A stretch of DNA of 64,000 bases from an uncultured Clostridium sp. (GCA_902496295.1 CABVAF010000002.1:67503-131502), one strand, 5' to 3'. Positions 37,901 to 46,517 are shown, numbered from the stretch's first letter. Program-made: numbers and translations. The notes: generated from the letters alone by a model not told the origin.

Positions 37901-38743
37901 ACCATATGCAATAATATGTTCTTTTATTTGTTGTCTAATATTGTTTACATCTGCATCTCCAAGTGTATTTCCATCTCCATCCTTATATGTTGTTACTCCT
38001 CCTGAAACTTCTTTTATAATACTTGGAAATCTTATGTAATTTTCTAAATGTTGTCCTGCTTGTTTATCTATTTCAGATAAGTTAATTAGTGCTTCTGAGT
38101 TAACAAATGGCATATCAGTCTCTAAAACTGGTCCTCTACCACTTGCCATATAGCTCATTCCTAAATAACTATTTCCTCCACTTCCTACTTCTCTATTATA
38201 TCCATTTGGGTTTGTCCCATCTAAAAATGTTTTAGCTGTAGCATATTCCATATGTCTTATAGAAAATATAGGAGATGTATAACTTCTAGTTAAGCTAATA
38301 TTTGTTTCCACTTCACTAATTAATGGGAATGTCCAACAAGTTTGTGTATCTAATTGATTTTTTACTGTTATGTCTATATAATCCCTTAAATCATATTTAG
38401 AATTACTTACAGCTAAAGCTACTGCATTAAAAGTTCTTCTATCTAATGAAAAGGCTTCATTCAATTTATTTTCTTCACTAGAAAGTGGATAATATGAAGC
38501 ATAATAAGGACTTGGCTCAACTTCTGCATTTCTTTCTTCTTCTGGTAGTTCAAGCCACCTTTTATAATCTTCTGAAAACTCTTTAACATCCACTGTATAG
38601 TTTAATTCATTATTACTTTCATCACTGTCTTCCTGCTCGTTTGCTCCATCAAGAGCAAATGCTCGCATTGGAAAACCACTTGTAATAATTAAAAATAAAA
38701 TTATAAAAATAATTTTTAAAATATAGCTTTTGTTTCTCCCCAT
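31943..38743 (-). CDS. Giant cell-wall-anchored papain-like (C1) cysteine protease with tandem Ig-like repeat modules
   Basis: Signal peptide. C1 triad context QTCWTF (Cys), DHLVTLVGWDD (His) and LNSYGTGFNGGYYYISY (Asn). 8 modules ending (Y/N)LDN..P, 7 KYQYSL..G..W modules and 3 GVEEG.TY modules. C-terminal IPQTG sorting motif plus TM plus basic tail. Confidence 0.8.
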   Translation of the reverse strand: MGRNKSYILKIIFIILFLIITSGFPMRAFALDGANEQEDSDESNNELNYTVDVKEFSEDYKRWLELPEEERNAEVEPSPYYASYYPLSSEENKLNEAFSLDRRTFNAVALAVSNSKYDLRDYIDITVKNQLDTQTCWTFPLISEVETNISLTRSYTSPIFSIRHMEYATAKTFLDGTNPNGYNREVGSGGNSYLGMSYMASGRGPVLETDMPFVNSEALINLSEIDKQAGQHLENYIRFPSIIKEVSGGVTTYKDGDGNTLGDADVNNIRQQIKEHIIAYGGVSANTNSSQTQFFNNVSPILATAYYCDDTSITPDHLVTLVGWDDNYSKDNFNASHRPTKDGAWLVLNSYGTGFNGGYYYISYEDVMIEKENTGTVLVSDRDYKNIYQYDTLGSNINVGLNGNEVPLTSVYAANVFTRKDSAAEYLSEVSVHSVGNTTVDVYVNPTGTLSLTGATQVASGLVLQEEYKTIKITNPITLTNSQFAVIVKYSSTDGSQARLPLEAKVAESTKWDTATANANEGFISATGADSTWQDITTLGIGGVENPSICIKAFTKDADNAGPTITFETNGNTTYQRVQGTKVTVTDSSGVNNSTLRYVWTQSTSQPIDSEFDSYYTNNSVVSNSTDTGNNWYLWVVAKDLQGNATYKRTEAFYLDNTPPTAPTITSNAANNVYTKDNAIITIDGSTALSGIAKYQYSLNNGTTWNDVNGTIEISKSGTYQIKARAVSNVGLTGAESATYIIKIDKDAPKVGGVEEGETYREANPTVEDETEVVATIQKDDEPEKDYPIKDGKGDPITEDGEYTLKVEDELGNETIIHFTIDSTGPVISFAPNGDTTYRKSQSTKVTVIDANSDLDETSLKYKWIRNATDLYEGLFNSGATEFTTGDTITISEGTGNDYNLVVIAKDELGNTTIEKSNPFYLDNDKPTIPTISADVPTGTSTNQDIEFSISGSSALSGIKKYQYSLDGGLNWIDVTEGEKVKLTEEKTYRIIARAVNNLDTEGESTGEYVITITKAAPVINFNPNGNTLYKRAQSSTITVTHSGELDESSFRYMWSQSTETPDEGEFTETFRQSETVEKDTDSGVWYIWALAKDKLGNTSITRSEGFYLDNEIPPAPTINSNAENGVYIGEDATVTITGSSSPSGIRKYKYSLNNQVSWIDLDIGGEFVLNKDGIYTIYAAAVNNVGRTGEVSDPYVIMIDKTAPVIKGVEEGKTYDKATPIIEDATDTEVELTKDGEKVPYTEGDEITEDGEYTIKATDEFDHSTIINFIIDSTPPTVTFNPNGNTTWAKTQSTIVTVTDERGLDESSLRYKWTQSVQVLTEDTFLPDSKTFKNGDSISIDGVSGNNWYLWVYAKDLQGNMALVKTTSFYLDNGIPPAPNINASVENGGKSSTEVTFDISGSSSLSGIAKYQYSLNGGSTWTDVNLGETVTLDTTGVYTIIARAVNNVGTAGEVTKEAYIITVDKEGPTITFTPSGNATFAKVQSTSVKVESVVGIASDGLKYLWSQKADGVTTGEFLQSFNNNQTITKNTGSGMWYLWVYAVDSAGANKMARSEGFNLDNEIPNAPTISSNTDAGSVISESLEFTLSGSTSPSGIAKYQYSLDNGGSWNDASQDGKVIVEKSGRYQIKARAVNNVGTIGRVSDTAFEVTIDKSPLNVTITPNENSTYAKSQSTKVSIDTNNEIEIARYLWSQKETGVGQGEIVNNFENNEDITKDTESGPWYLWVYVEDNIGKQVLQRSGAFYLDNEIPEAPIVTKDVDTENDLVNVDISGSSSPSGIAKYQYSLDNGKTWNDLAKGETLVLDEIGDYEFLARAVNNVGTEGKTTDMEIIEVVTRIPLIQFIPDGNDKYENEQSTRVRVRSSIGIDEDSLYYLWTTESEGITEENITEKLTNNDTLTKDEESGIWYLWVIAKNVDNEVKIERSEGFYLDNDDPIIDGVEEGKTYEEIKAVIMDKTSEVTIEVLKDGRKYAYSTVNDQDTSLDIYEEEMAFMEQITFKQSGVYQINVEDEAGNTANVSFVVQSKEKDTTGPTATFTPNGNKKYEKVQETEVKVEDPSGVDEDSLLYIWTDSEEPPEKDEFVEKFKNGDTIINDEETGKLYLWIYAKDKLGNESIIRSEAFYLDNSKPNPPTITPSVDNGDTTDEDVVIKVEGDPTESDIEHEYSTDGGKTWHKVEDGKVVISSEGTTTIIFRTVNEVGTVSDTTEPFTFTIKKETTVVITNNTVDNTVTKKPIPQTGLSNIILILISILGVSAVIIAIRYYKIRN

Positions 38744-39171
38744 AATTCCTATCCCTTTTCCTTTTTGCTATTTTTAGCTAATATATTATTATATAATTTT
38801 ATATTAATTCATTTTTTTCATATTTTCAATGTATATTCTTTCCATACACTTTTAGCATGAAACTCTATTCATTACGGGAATTATATTTATAGATAAAATA
38901 TTTCTTTTTTTACTTTTTCTTAACATTTTTTATACAAATTTAATATTTTTGTTTTATAAACTTTAAGTTGCTACGGAAATTAAGCGAATCCGTAATTAAA
39001 TTATCTTTCTAGCCCGAATTCATTTCTGAATGCATTTAGATAATTATAGCAAAAAGGAATCCAAATAAATTATTTGAATTCCTTTTTAATTTTTATTATA
39101 TTTTACTATTATTTTAAATGCAGTTTGTTTTTTGATTAATATAATTTATATTTTGCTACGCTTTTAGTTTA

Positions 39172-39750
39172 TTATGCACCAAAATATCTTTTTAATAATC
39201 CATCAAAACCTCTTCCATGTCTTGCTTCATCTTTACACATTTCATGTACAGTATCATGTATTGCATCATAATTTAGTTCTTTTGCTCTTGTTGCTAACAT
39301 TTTCTTTCCTTCACAAGCACCTTGCTCTGCTGCTGCTCTTAACATTAAGTTTTTCTTTGTATCTGGATATACTAATTCTCCTAATAATTCAGCAAATTTA
39401 GCAGCATGTTCTGCTTCTTCAAAAGCATATCTTTTAAATGCTTCTGCTATCTCTGGGTATCCATCTCTATCTGCTTGACGGCTCATAGCTAAGTACATTC
39501 CTACTTCTGTAGACTCTCCCATAAAATTGTCTCTTAATCCTTTTACAACTTCTTCATCTAATCCTTGTGCTACACCAATTCTGTGTTCATCTGCGTAAGT
39601 TTTTACATCTCCTGAAATTTTTTCTGTTTCAGATACATTTACTTCTTTTAATTCAAATTGCTCTTTTGGAGCTCCACATTGTGGGCACTTTTCTGGTGCT
39701 TCTTCTCCAAAATGAATATATCCACATACTTTACAAACATAAGCTTTCAT
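39172..39750 (-). CDS. rbr: Reverse rubrerythrin (N-terminal rubredoxin-like domain plus diiron ferritin-like domain)
   Basis: CKVCGYIH...CPQCGAPK at the N-terminus, then EEAEHAAKF and DEARHG diiron ligand motifs. Confidence 0.8.
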   Translation of the reverse strand: MKAYVCKVCGYIHFGEEAPEKCPQCGAPKEQFELKEVNVSETEKISGDVKTYADEHRIGVAQGLDEEVVKGLRDNFMGESTEVGMYLAMSRQADRDGYPEIAEAFKRYAFEEAEHAAKFAELLGELVYPDTKKNLMLRAAAEQGACEGKKMLATRAKELNYDAIHDTVHEMCKDEARHGRGFDGLLKRYFGA

Positions 39751-39851
39751 ATATTAATCCTCCCTATAATTTTTTATTTAATAATATACATCTATTTTCT
39801 TCATTTTTATTGTATATTTTTTCAAATATTTCTTTAATAAATAATTATAAA

Positions 39852-39971
39852 TTATTCATCCATTGGTACTTCTTCAAATTGGTCTGCTGGTACTCCACAT
39901 ACTGGGCAAACTGCTGGTGGTTCTTCTGCAACTACCTCATAACCACATACTTTGCATCTCCATTTTTTCAT
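39852..39971 (-). CDS. 39-aa rubredoxin-like zinc/iron-ribbon protein (absent from the ORF track)
   Basis: Own translation: MKKWRCKVCGYEVVAEEPPAVCPVCGVPADQFEEVPMDE. CxxC-x14-CxxC. The ATG overlaps the upstream regulator's TGA (ATGA). Confidence 0.65.
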   Translation of the reverse strand: MKKWRCKVCGYEVVAEEPPAVCPVCGVPADQFEEVPMDE

Positions 39972-40384
39972 ATTTCTCTTCCTCCTTTCGCTTTTTTCTT
40001 ACACTTTTTACATAGCCCTGTTATTGTTATTTCAGAGCCATCTACTTCTGCATTTATTTGTTTTGCAAAATCTTTTAAATCATTATCTAATTGCTTTACC
40101 TGTTCTTCAAATAAAACTATATCTGTAATATCTCCACATTCTTTACATTCAAAATGTATGTGTGGCATTGTATTACCGTCAAATCTATCCGGCCCAGATG
40201 ATGTTTTAATTCTTATAATTAATCCTTCTTCACATAAGTCTGACAAATTTCTATACACAGTTGCTATACCGATTTCTGGCATTTTACTTTTTAAGTCTAG
40301 GTAAAGTTTTTCTGCTGTAGGATGATCTTTTCTGCTTTTTAATGAATTTAATATTAATTCTCTCTGTTTACTATACTTCTTCAT
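39968..40384 (-). CDS. perR: Fur-family metalloregulator (PerR-like by context)
   Basis: Winged-helix N-terminus, HIHFECKECG and C-terminal CKKCKK cysteine pairs. Lies upstream of the rubredoxin-like and rubrerythrin genes. Confidence 0.7.
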   Translation of the reverse strand: MKKYSKQRELILNSLKSRKDHPTAEKLYLDLKSKMPEIGIATVYRNLSDLCEEGLIIRIKTSSGPDRFDGNTMPHIHFECKECGDITDIVLFEEQVKQLDNDLKDFAKQINAEVDGSEITITGLCKKCKKKAKGGREI

Positions 40385-40438
40385 AAATCACCTATATTAT
40401 AACCACTTTCTTTAACTAAAATACATTATATTCTTAAT

Positions 40439-40453
40439 TGATAATGATTATCA
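40439..40453. promoter_or_regulatory. Fur-type 7-1-7 operator in the promoter of the Fur-family gene
   Basis: TGATAAT-G-ATTATCA, a perfect inverted repeat 55-70 nt upstream of the start codon. Confidence 0.65.
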
Positions 40454-40470
40454 TTATATTATATCAATAT

Positions 40471-40510
40471 AAAAAAAATTTCAATAGTTTTATTGAAATT
40501 TTTTATTTTT
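40471..40510. terminator. Bidirectional terminator after the pilin-like FGE gene
   Basis: Stem AAAATTTCAATA/TATTGAAATTTT with a 4-nt loop, flanked by A8 and T runs. Confidence 0.7.
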
Positions 40511-40513
40511 ATA

Positions 40514-42025
40514 TTATTTTAAGTATAAAGCTATTCTATAAGAATACTCCCTTTCTTTACTCTCTAATGTTCTTTTAGCTATATAATCTGTACTTCCTAA
40601 ATTATAATATTGTCCACCTCTTATTACATAACTTTCATTTGCTTTTTCTACAGTCCATTCATAATTGTTTCCTGCCATATCATAAATATTGTTTGTCACC
40701 CAGCTTCCACTATATCCTGTTGTTTTAGGTTTATTAGACATTTGTGTTATATTAATATCTGTAGCACTTTTAGTAGTAAGCCATGCTAATTTTAAATCAT
40801 CATCAATAATACTTTTATTGCTAACAGACATTATATTATAACTATTATAATTATTTTTAGCTATCGGCCAACCTCCTTCTTCTGGTATATCTATATTTTC
40901 CTTTTGTAATGCATATACGGTAATATCTATAGTTGCTTCTTTATCCTGCATAGTATTATTAATATTTGTTTTTATTTCTGGAACATTCCAATTATACCAT
41001 TCTCCTTCATTATCTAAGCATTCTTCTGGCAACTCTTTTGAGTTAACAAAATCACTTTTATTTTTTATAATATTATCTGGGTCATTTATTTCATACTCTA
41101 ATCTTATATATGCAGCATCACTACCTTCATCTAAACGAGTACTTAATGCAAAACTAGAACTACTTTCATATGATGGCACTATAAATTCATTATTTGATGC
41201 ATACAAAAATATACTTATAGTACCCAATTTCCCAACTTTGAATATATCTAACAGGCTACTATAACCTGTTTTTACTATTGGCAATCTGTTTTCTGTTTCT
41301 TTGCTTGTTGTAATGTTGTTATTATCTTTAACAACATAGTTAGCATAATTTCCATATTGTGAACTATCTTTAATATTAAAATTACTTGAAATAAAGTTTA
41401 CCACAGAGTCCCACTGTTTGCCATGTATTAATGTTGAGCTTACAGAAGAAGTATTGTACATATTCTTTGAAGAATTAATTGCCTCGTCTAAGCTAACTTG
41501 TGATGTTTCTTTTCCTTGCTTTACAACTGTTTCTCTATTTTCTACTCCTGTTTCATATCTTCCAACATAAAATCCACCATATTTTTCTATACTAGCTTCT
41601 ATACTTTGACTTTCAGCTGTCATTTCTTCGTCTATATCTTCTGAATATGTTAATCCAGATTCATCAAAATCTGTTGTTCCGTAGCTTTCTACAGGTATCC
41701 ACACAAATTGATTACCCTTTAGACTACTAGCTACTTCATGTGAATCTCCCTTATTATAGTCTTCTTCATTATCTGATATAATAAGCCCTGTCTCTTTGTC
41801 TCCTCCAACATAATAAAATCCATCTGGAATAATTACTCCATCTACAGTATTATTGTCTCCTGAATTTCCATTAAGCATGCTATCTAATTCATTATATAGT
41901 TCATTTAGTCTTTGTTGTTCATCTATTATAGCAGCGTCCATTTTATTTGAAGCCTCTTGAGCCTTTTTTATAATTCCGTTGTCATTAAATATTGCATTTA
42001 TTGTTACACTTGCTAAAATAAGCAA
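40514..42025 (-). CDS. Pilin-helix / FGE-sulfatase (SUMF1-like) domain protein lacking a prepilin leader, possibly 5'-truncated
   Basis: The N-terminus (NFF)ALVVTIIVLLILASVTINAIFNDNGIIKKAQEA is homologous to the pilA helices. FGE motifs FVWIPV, GGFYVGRYE, NIYDMAGNNYEWT and IRGGQYY. There is no ATG or SD; the frame is closed 17 codons upstream, inside the fabI terminator. Confidence 0.55.
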   Translation of the reverse strand: MLILASVTINAIFNDNGIIKKAQEASNKMDAAIIDEQQRLNELYNELDSMLNGNSGDNNTVDGVIIPDGFYYVGGDKETGLIISDNEEDYNKGDSHEVASSLKGNQFVWIPVESYGTTDFDESGLTYSEDIDEEMTAESQSIEASIEKYGGFYVGRYETGVENRETVVKQGKETSQVSLDEAINSSKNMYNTSSVSSTLIHGKQWDSVVNFISSNFNIKDSSQYGNYANYVVKDNNNITTSKETENRLPIVKTGYSSLLDIFKVGKLGTISIFLYASNNEFIVPSYESSSSFALSTRLDEGSDAAYIRLEYEINDPDNIIKNKSDFVNSKELPEECLDNEGEWYNWNVPEIKTNINNTMQDKEATIDITVYALQKENIDIPEEGGWPIAKNNYNSYNIMSVSNKSIIDDDLKLAWLTTKSATDINITQMSNKPKTTGYSGSWVTNNIYDMAGNNYEWTVEKANESYVIRGGQYYNLGSTDYIAKRTLESKEREYSYRIALYLK

Positions 42026-42049
42026 TACTATAATTGTTACAACTAGTGC

Positions 42050-42105
42050 AAAAAAATTGTAGCAAATTATCTTCTCTTAATTATTGAAAAGATAATTTGC
42101 TACAA
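42050..42105 (-). terminator. Terminator of the fab/acc operon (after fabI)
   Basis: Perfect 17-bp arms TTGTAGCAAATTATCTT/AAGATAATTTGCTACAA followed by T7 on the minus strand. Confidence 0.8.
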
Positions 42106-42111
42106 TATCTT

Positions 42112-42882
42112 TTATACTCCGACAGTTGAAAAACCATTATCTACATGTATTACTTCACCAGTAATTGCAGATGACATATCACTAAACAAGAATGATGCCG
42201 TATCTCCAACTTGTTTTGTTGTTACATTTTGATGTAATGGTGCTCTTTCTTCTACTACATCAAGTATAGTTCCAAAATCTTTTATTCCTTTTGCAGACAA
42301 TGTTTTTATAGGCCCTGCGGAAATAGCATTTATACGCATTTTGTCTTTTCCTAAGTCTCTTGCTAAATAACGAATACTTGCTTCTAAAGCAGCTTTTGCA
42401 ACTCCCATAACATTATATCCTTCTACAGACTTCTCTGAACCCCAATATGTTAATGCTACTATGCTTGCACCTTCTCCTAACATATCAAGTTCTTTAGCTA
42501 TTCTAGAAATTGCAACTAATGAATATGCGCTTATATCTCCTGCATGATTAAATCCATCTCTTGATGTTTTTATAAAGTCATTTCTTAAATCTTCTGTATT
42601 TGCATGTGCAATACTATGTAATATACCATCAACTTTTCCAACTTCTTGTTTTATTTGCCCAAAACATTTTCTTATATCTTCGTCTGTTGCAACATCACAT
42701 GGGTATGATTTAGCACCTGGTATTTCAGAAATTAAATCTAATATTTTATCTTCCTTTTCTGTTGGATGATGTGTAAATATTACCTTTGCACCATTTTCAT
42801 AAGCAGACATTGCTGCTCCCCATGCAATACTCCATTTGTTCCTAATTCCCATAATTAATATTGTTTTTCCTTCTAATAACAT
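42112..42882 (-). CDS. fabI: Enoyl-ACP reductase FabI
   Basis: SDR fold with GIRNKWSIAWG and Y..MGVAKAALE catalytic Tyr/Lys spacing. 256 aa. Confidence 0.85.
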   Translation of the reverse strand: MLLEGKTILIMGIRNKWSIAWGAAMSAYENGAKVIFTHHPTEKEDKILDLISEIPGAKSYPCDVATDEDIRKCFGQIKQEVGKVDGILHSIAHANTEDLRNDFIKTSRDGFNHAGDISAYSLVAISRIAKELDMLGEGASIVALTYWGSEKSVEGYNVMGVAKAALEASIRYLARDLGKDKMRINAISAGPIKTLSAKGIKDFGTILDVVEERAPLHQNVTTKQVGDTASFLFSDMSSAITGEVIHVDNGFSTVGV

Positions 42883-43003
42883 CTTTTATCCACCTTTCTA
42901 ATTTTTAATTAAAATTTTTTTATTTTTTCAGATTCTTATTACTTTTAATTTTTATAATTTGTTTTTAACTTTTCCATTCTTAAGTTCTTTACTATATTCT
43001 ATT

Positions 43004-43807
43004 TTATAAGTCTCTACCTATTTTTCTATATTTTTCATATCTATTTTCTATTAAATCTTCTGGATTTTCTTTTAATAGTTTCTTTAAATCCTTTTTTATA
43101 GTATCTTTCAAGCTTTCTGCTACTTTTTCCAAATCTTCTTGTGCTCCATTTTCTGGTTCTTTTACAATTTCGTCTATTATATTTAATTTTTTCAAATCAT
43201 ATGAAGTAATTTTCATATGTTCTGCTGCTTCCTTGCTCTTACTAGAATCTTTATATAAAATACTTGCAAATCCTTCTGGTGAAAGTATACTATATACCGC
43301 GTTTTCAAGCATTATTATTTTATCTGAAACGCATATAGCAAGTGCACCTCCACTTGAGCCTTCTCCAATTACCACTGCAATAATTGGAACTTTTAGTCTA
43401 GACATTTCCATCATACTTCTAGCTATTGCTTCTCCTTGTCCTCTTTCTTCTGCTCCCATTCCAGGATAAGCTCCTGGTGTATCTATAAAAGTTATTATTG
43501 GTCTACCAAATTTTTCTGCTTGTTTCATTAGTCTTAAAGCCTTTCTATAGCCTTCTGGCTCTGGCATTCCAAAGTTTCTTTCCATATTTTCTTTTGTAGT
43601 TTTTCCTTTTTGCTCTCCTATAACTGTTACTGGCATTCCATCTAAATATGCAATACCTCCAACAATAGACTTATCGTCTCCATATAGTCTATCTCCATGT
43701 AGTTCCATAAACTCATCAAAAATATATTTTATATAGTCTAATGACTTTGGTCTATCTGCTTTTCTTGCAAGTAGCACTCTATCCCATGCACTTATACTAT
43801 TTGCCAT
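43004..43807 (-). CDS. accA: Acetyl-CoA carboxylase carboxyltransferase alpha subunit
   Basis: [15 protein letters not shown] and [10 protein letters not shown] motifs. Confidence 0.9.
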   Translation of the reverse strand: MANSISAWDRVLLARKADRPKSLDYIKYIFDEFMELHGDRLYGDDKSIVGGIAYLDGMPVTVIGEQKGKTTKENMERNFGMPEPEGYRKALRLMKQAEKFGRPIITFIDTPGAYPGMGAEERGQGEAIARSMMEMSRLKVPIIAVVIGEGSSGGALAICVSDKIIMLENAVYSILSPEGFASILYKDSSKSKEAAEHMKITSYDLKKLNIIDEIVKEPENGAQEDLEKVAESLKDTIKKDLKKLLKENPEDLIENRYEKYRKIGRDL

Positions 43808-43847
43808 TTTTATCTTCCTTTCATAAGAAATTTACTTGACTTTATTC

Positions 43848-44705
43848 TTATATTTTATCTTTTTTGTGAAATTTTAATATCTTGTATAAAGTTTCTTTCA
43901 TGTCTTTTCTTTCTACAATTTTATCTATAAACCCATGCTCTAATAAAAATTCTGCTCTTTGGAAACCTTCTGGAAGTTTTTGTTTTACAGTTTGTTCAAT
44001 TACTCTTGGTCCTGCAAAACCTATTAAAGCATTTGGCTCTGCTAAAATTATATCTCCTAAGCTTGCAAAACTTGCTGTAACTCCTCCAGTTGTTGGGTCT
44101 GTTAAAACAGATATATAAAGAAGACCAGCCTCATTTAATTTAGCTAATGCTTCTGATGTTTTAGCCATTTGCATAAGAGAAATTAATCCCTCTTGCATTC
44201 TAGCACCACCAGATACGCAAAATATTATAATAGGTAATTTCTTTTCTATGGCATCTTCTATAGCACATGTTATTTTTTCTCCAACAACACTTCCCATACT
44301 ACCCATCATAAAGTTTCCATCCATAACAGCTATTACAACATCTTCTCCATTTATTTTTCCGAAACCTGTTTTTACAGCCTCGTTTATTTGTGTTTTTTCT
44401 TTTAATGATTGTATTTTCTTTTCATAACCTTCAAATTTTAAAGGATTTTTTGTTGTCATATTTTCATTTGTTTCAACAAAAGTTCCCTCATCAATTATTT
44501 GATGTATTCTTCTTCTCGCAGATACTCTAAAATGTTTACCACAATTTGGACATACGCTTAAATTATTATGTACCTCTTCTTTGTACAAAATTTCTTTACA
44601 GCTATCACATTTTACCCATTTTCCAACAAGCATATCTGATGCTTTTACATTTTTTTCTGGTTCTTCATCTGACTTATTTATTTTTCTTATTTTATCTATA
44701 ACCAT
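43848..44705 (-). CDS. accD: Acetyl-CoA carboxylase carboxyltransferase beta subunit
   Basis: N-terminal zinc ribbon CDSC...CPNCG, then GGARMQEG. Confidence 0.9.
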   Translation of the reverse strand: MVIDKIRKINKSDEEPEKNVKASDMLVGKWVKCDSCKEILYKEEVHNNLSVCPNCGKHFRVSARRRIHQIIDEGTFVETNENMTTKNPLKFEGYEKKIQSLKEKTQINEAVKTGFGKINGEDVVIAVMDGNFMMGSMGSVVGEKITCAIEDAIEKKLPIIIFCVSGGARMQEGLISLMQMAKTSEALAKLNEAGLLYISVLTDPTTGGVTASFASLGDIILAEPNALIGFAGPRVIEQTVKQKLPEGFQRAEFLLEHGFIDKIVERKDMKETLYKILKFHKKDKI

Positions 44706-44715
44706 GTTTTTCTCC

Positions 44716-46050
44716 TTAATTCTTTTCTATAAATGAAGTGTCATAATTATTATTTATAAAATCTTCATTTTCTAATATTTTGTATAAGAAGTCTATGTTC
44801 GTAGTTATTCCATCTACTATAAATTCTCCTAATGCACTTTTCATTTTTGCTATACATTCGTTTCTATCATTTCCGTGAACTATAACTTTTGCAATCATTG
44901 AATCATAGCACGCTGGAATTGTATAGTCCGCATAAATTGCAGTATCTACTCTTATTCCGTTTCCACCTGGTAAGTGTAATCCTGTAATTTTTCCGGGACA
45001 AGGCATAAAGTTTTTATCTGGATTCTCAGCGTTTACTCTACATTCAATTGCATGTCCTGTAAATATAATATCCTTTTGAGAATACTTTAGTTTTTCTCCC
45101 CCCGCTATTTTAATTTGTTCCTTTACTATATCTATTCCAGTTACAAATTCAGTTACTGGGTGCTCTACTTGAAGCCTTGTATTCATTTCCATAAAATAAT
45201 AATTTTTATTTTTGTCTACTAAAAATTCTATAGTTCCTGCATTACTGTATCCAACTTCTTTTACAGCTTTAACAACAGTTTCACCCATTTTCTTTCTTAA
45301 TTTTTCATCAATTGCCATTGATGGGCTTTCCTCTAAAACTTTCTGGTGCCTTCTTTGTACTGAGCAATCTCTTTCTCCTAAAGATACAGCATTTCCATGT
45401 TCATCTGCTAAGACTTGAATTTCAACATGTCTTGGATTTTCTATAAACTTTTCTATATAAATACTATCATCACTAAAAGAATTTTTAGCTTCTTGTTTAA
45501 CTAAATCATACTCTTTAATAAGTTCTTTTTCAGAATAAGCTACTCTTATTCCTTTTCCTCCTCCACCTGCTGATGCTTTTAAAATAACTGGATAACCAAT
45601 TTTTTCTGCAATTTTCATTGCTTCTGAGACACTATTTATTACACCTTCTGAGCCAGGAACAACTGGTACTCCTGCTTTTTTCATTGTCTCTTTCGCTTTA
45701 GACTTATTTCCCATAAGATCTATTAATTTATAAGAAGGTCCTATAAATTTTATTCCTATTTCGTCGCAAATTTTTGCAAAATGGCTATTTTCAGATAAGA
45801 ATCCAAACCCTGGATGTATGCTATCACAGCCCTTTAAACATGCTGCTTCTATAATGTTCTTTATATTTAAATAACTTTTGCTAGATTTTGCAGGTCCTAT
45901 ACATACTGCTTCGTCTGCAAGTTTTACATGCAAAGCGTCTTTATCTGCTTCTGAATATACAGCAACAGATTGTATTCCCATTTCTCTGCATGCTCTTATT
46001 ATTCTTACCGCTACCTCTCCTCTATTTGCAACTAAAACTTTTTTTAACAT
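44716..46050 (-). CDS. accC: Biotin carboxylase
   Basis: [20 protein letters not shown]-grasp GGGGKGIR and [14 protein letters not shown]. Confidence 0.95.
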   Translation of the reverse strand: MLKKVLVANRGEVAVRIIRACREMGIQSVAVYSEADKDALHVKLADEAVCIGPAKSSKSYLNIKNIIEAACLKGCDSIHPGFGFLSENSHFAKICDEIGIKFIGPSYKLIDLMGNKSKAKETMKKAGVPVVPGSEGVINSVSEAMKIAEKIGYPVILKASAGGGGKGIRVAYSEKELIKEYDLVKQEAKNSFSDDSIYIEKFIENPRHVEIQVLADEHGNAVSLGERDCSVQRRHQKVLEESPSMAIDEKLRKKMGETVVKAVKEVGYSNAGTIEFLVDKNKNYYFMEMNTRLQVEHPVTEFVTGIDIVKEQIKIAGGEKLKYSQKDIIFTGHAIECRVNAENPDKNFMPCPGKITGLHLPGGNGIRVDTAIYADYTIPACYDSMIAKVIVHGNDRNECIAKMKSALGEFIVDGITTNIDFLYKILENEDFINNNYDTSFIEKN

Positions 46051-46064
46051 ATTCCATTTTCTCC

Positions 46065-46093
46065 TTGTTATTAAGATTTATTTGTGCTAGAAT
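46065..46093 (+). promoter_or_regulatory. Promoter of the plus-strand orphan gene
   Basis: TTGTTA-17 nt-TAGAAT with TG at the extended -10 position. Overlaps the accC RBS region on the other strand. Confidence 0.55.
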
Positions 46094-46126
46094 AATAACT
46101 ACCAACTCTTGAAGGGAGTGTTTATA

Positions 46127-46459
46127 ATGAATGATGTTGCTTCCTACTACTTCGACTTGGGAAAGCAAGACGCTTTCAGGTTCAAAGGTCACGTCAAAGC
46201 AACTGTTGAAGCAGACAACTCTTGTTTCTACCGGCTCGGCGTGCTGAGCGAGAGATACAAGAATTGTCCCAAACGTTTAGCCCTCATAGAGGAGCTTTGT
46301 CGGGAGTTTTCGTTTTACGACGAGCTTCCAAACCATGTGGTCATTACTCTAAAATATGACTACAGCCATCGTCTCCTTAAAAGAATGATGGACAACTTGG
46401 GATATCATGTCCCTGCACGTCCTAATTTCTTAGGTTTTAACGCCTGGAGAATTTTCTAA
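46127..46459 (+). CDS. Orphan 110-aa protein of foreign composition, antisense within the fab/acc operon
   Basis: GGGAG SD 8 nt before ATG 46127 (the track start at 46109 is a TTG). 47-50% G+C in hand-counted blocks. C/G-ending codons. No family recognised. Confidence 0.6.
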   Translation: MNDVASYYFDLGKQDAFRFKGHVKATVEADNSCFYRLGVLSERYKNCPKRLALIEELCREFSFYDELPNHVVITLKYDYSHRLLKRMMDNLGYHVPARPNFLGFNAWRIF

Positions 46460-46477
46460 GTTCAACATTTTTTCACT

Positions 46478-46517
46478 TTCTGGGTGGCTCCTGCCACCCA
46501 GAATTCTTTTTATTTTT
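46478..46517 (+). terminator. Strong GC-rich intrinsic terminator of the orphan gene
   Basis: TTCTGGGTGGC-tcct-GCCACCCAGAA followed by TTCTTTTTATTTTT. Confidence 0.85.

Noticed and set aside
39567-40304. 245-aa plus-strand ORF spanning the rubrerythrin, rubredoxin and Fur-family genes
   Set aside because: It runs antisense across three well-supported minus-strand genes and their intergenic regions. The product is a Leu/Phe/His-rich low-complexity sequence with no start context.
42883-43003. The 120-nt accA-fabI gap and 78-114-nt gaps elsewhere in the fab operon, considered as hiding places for acpP
   Set aside because: The gaps are too short for a ~75-aa ACP, and no DSL(D/E) motif ORF is present. 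acpP is presumably encoded elsewhere.
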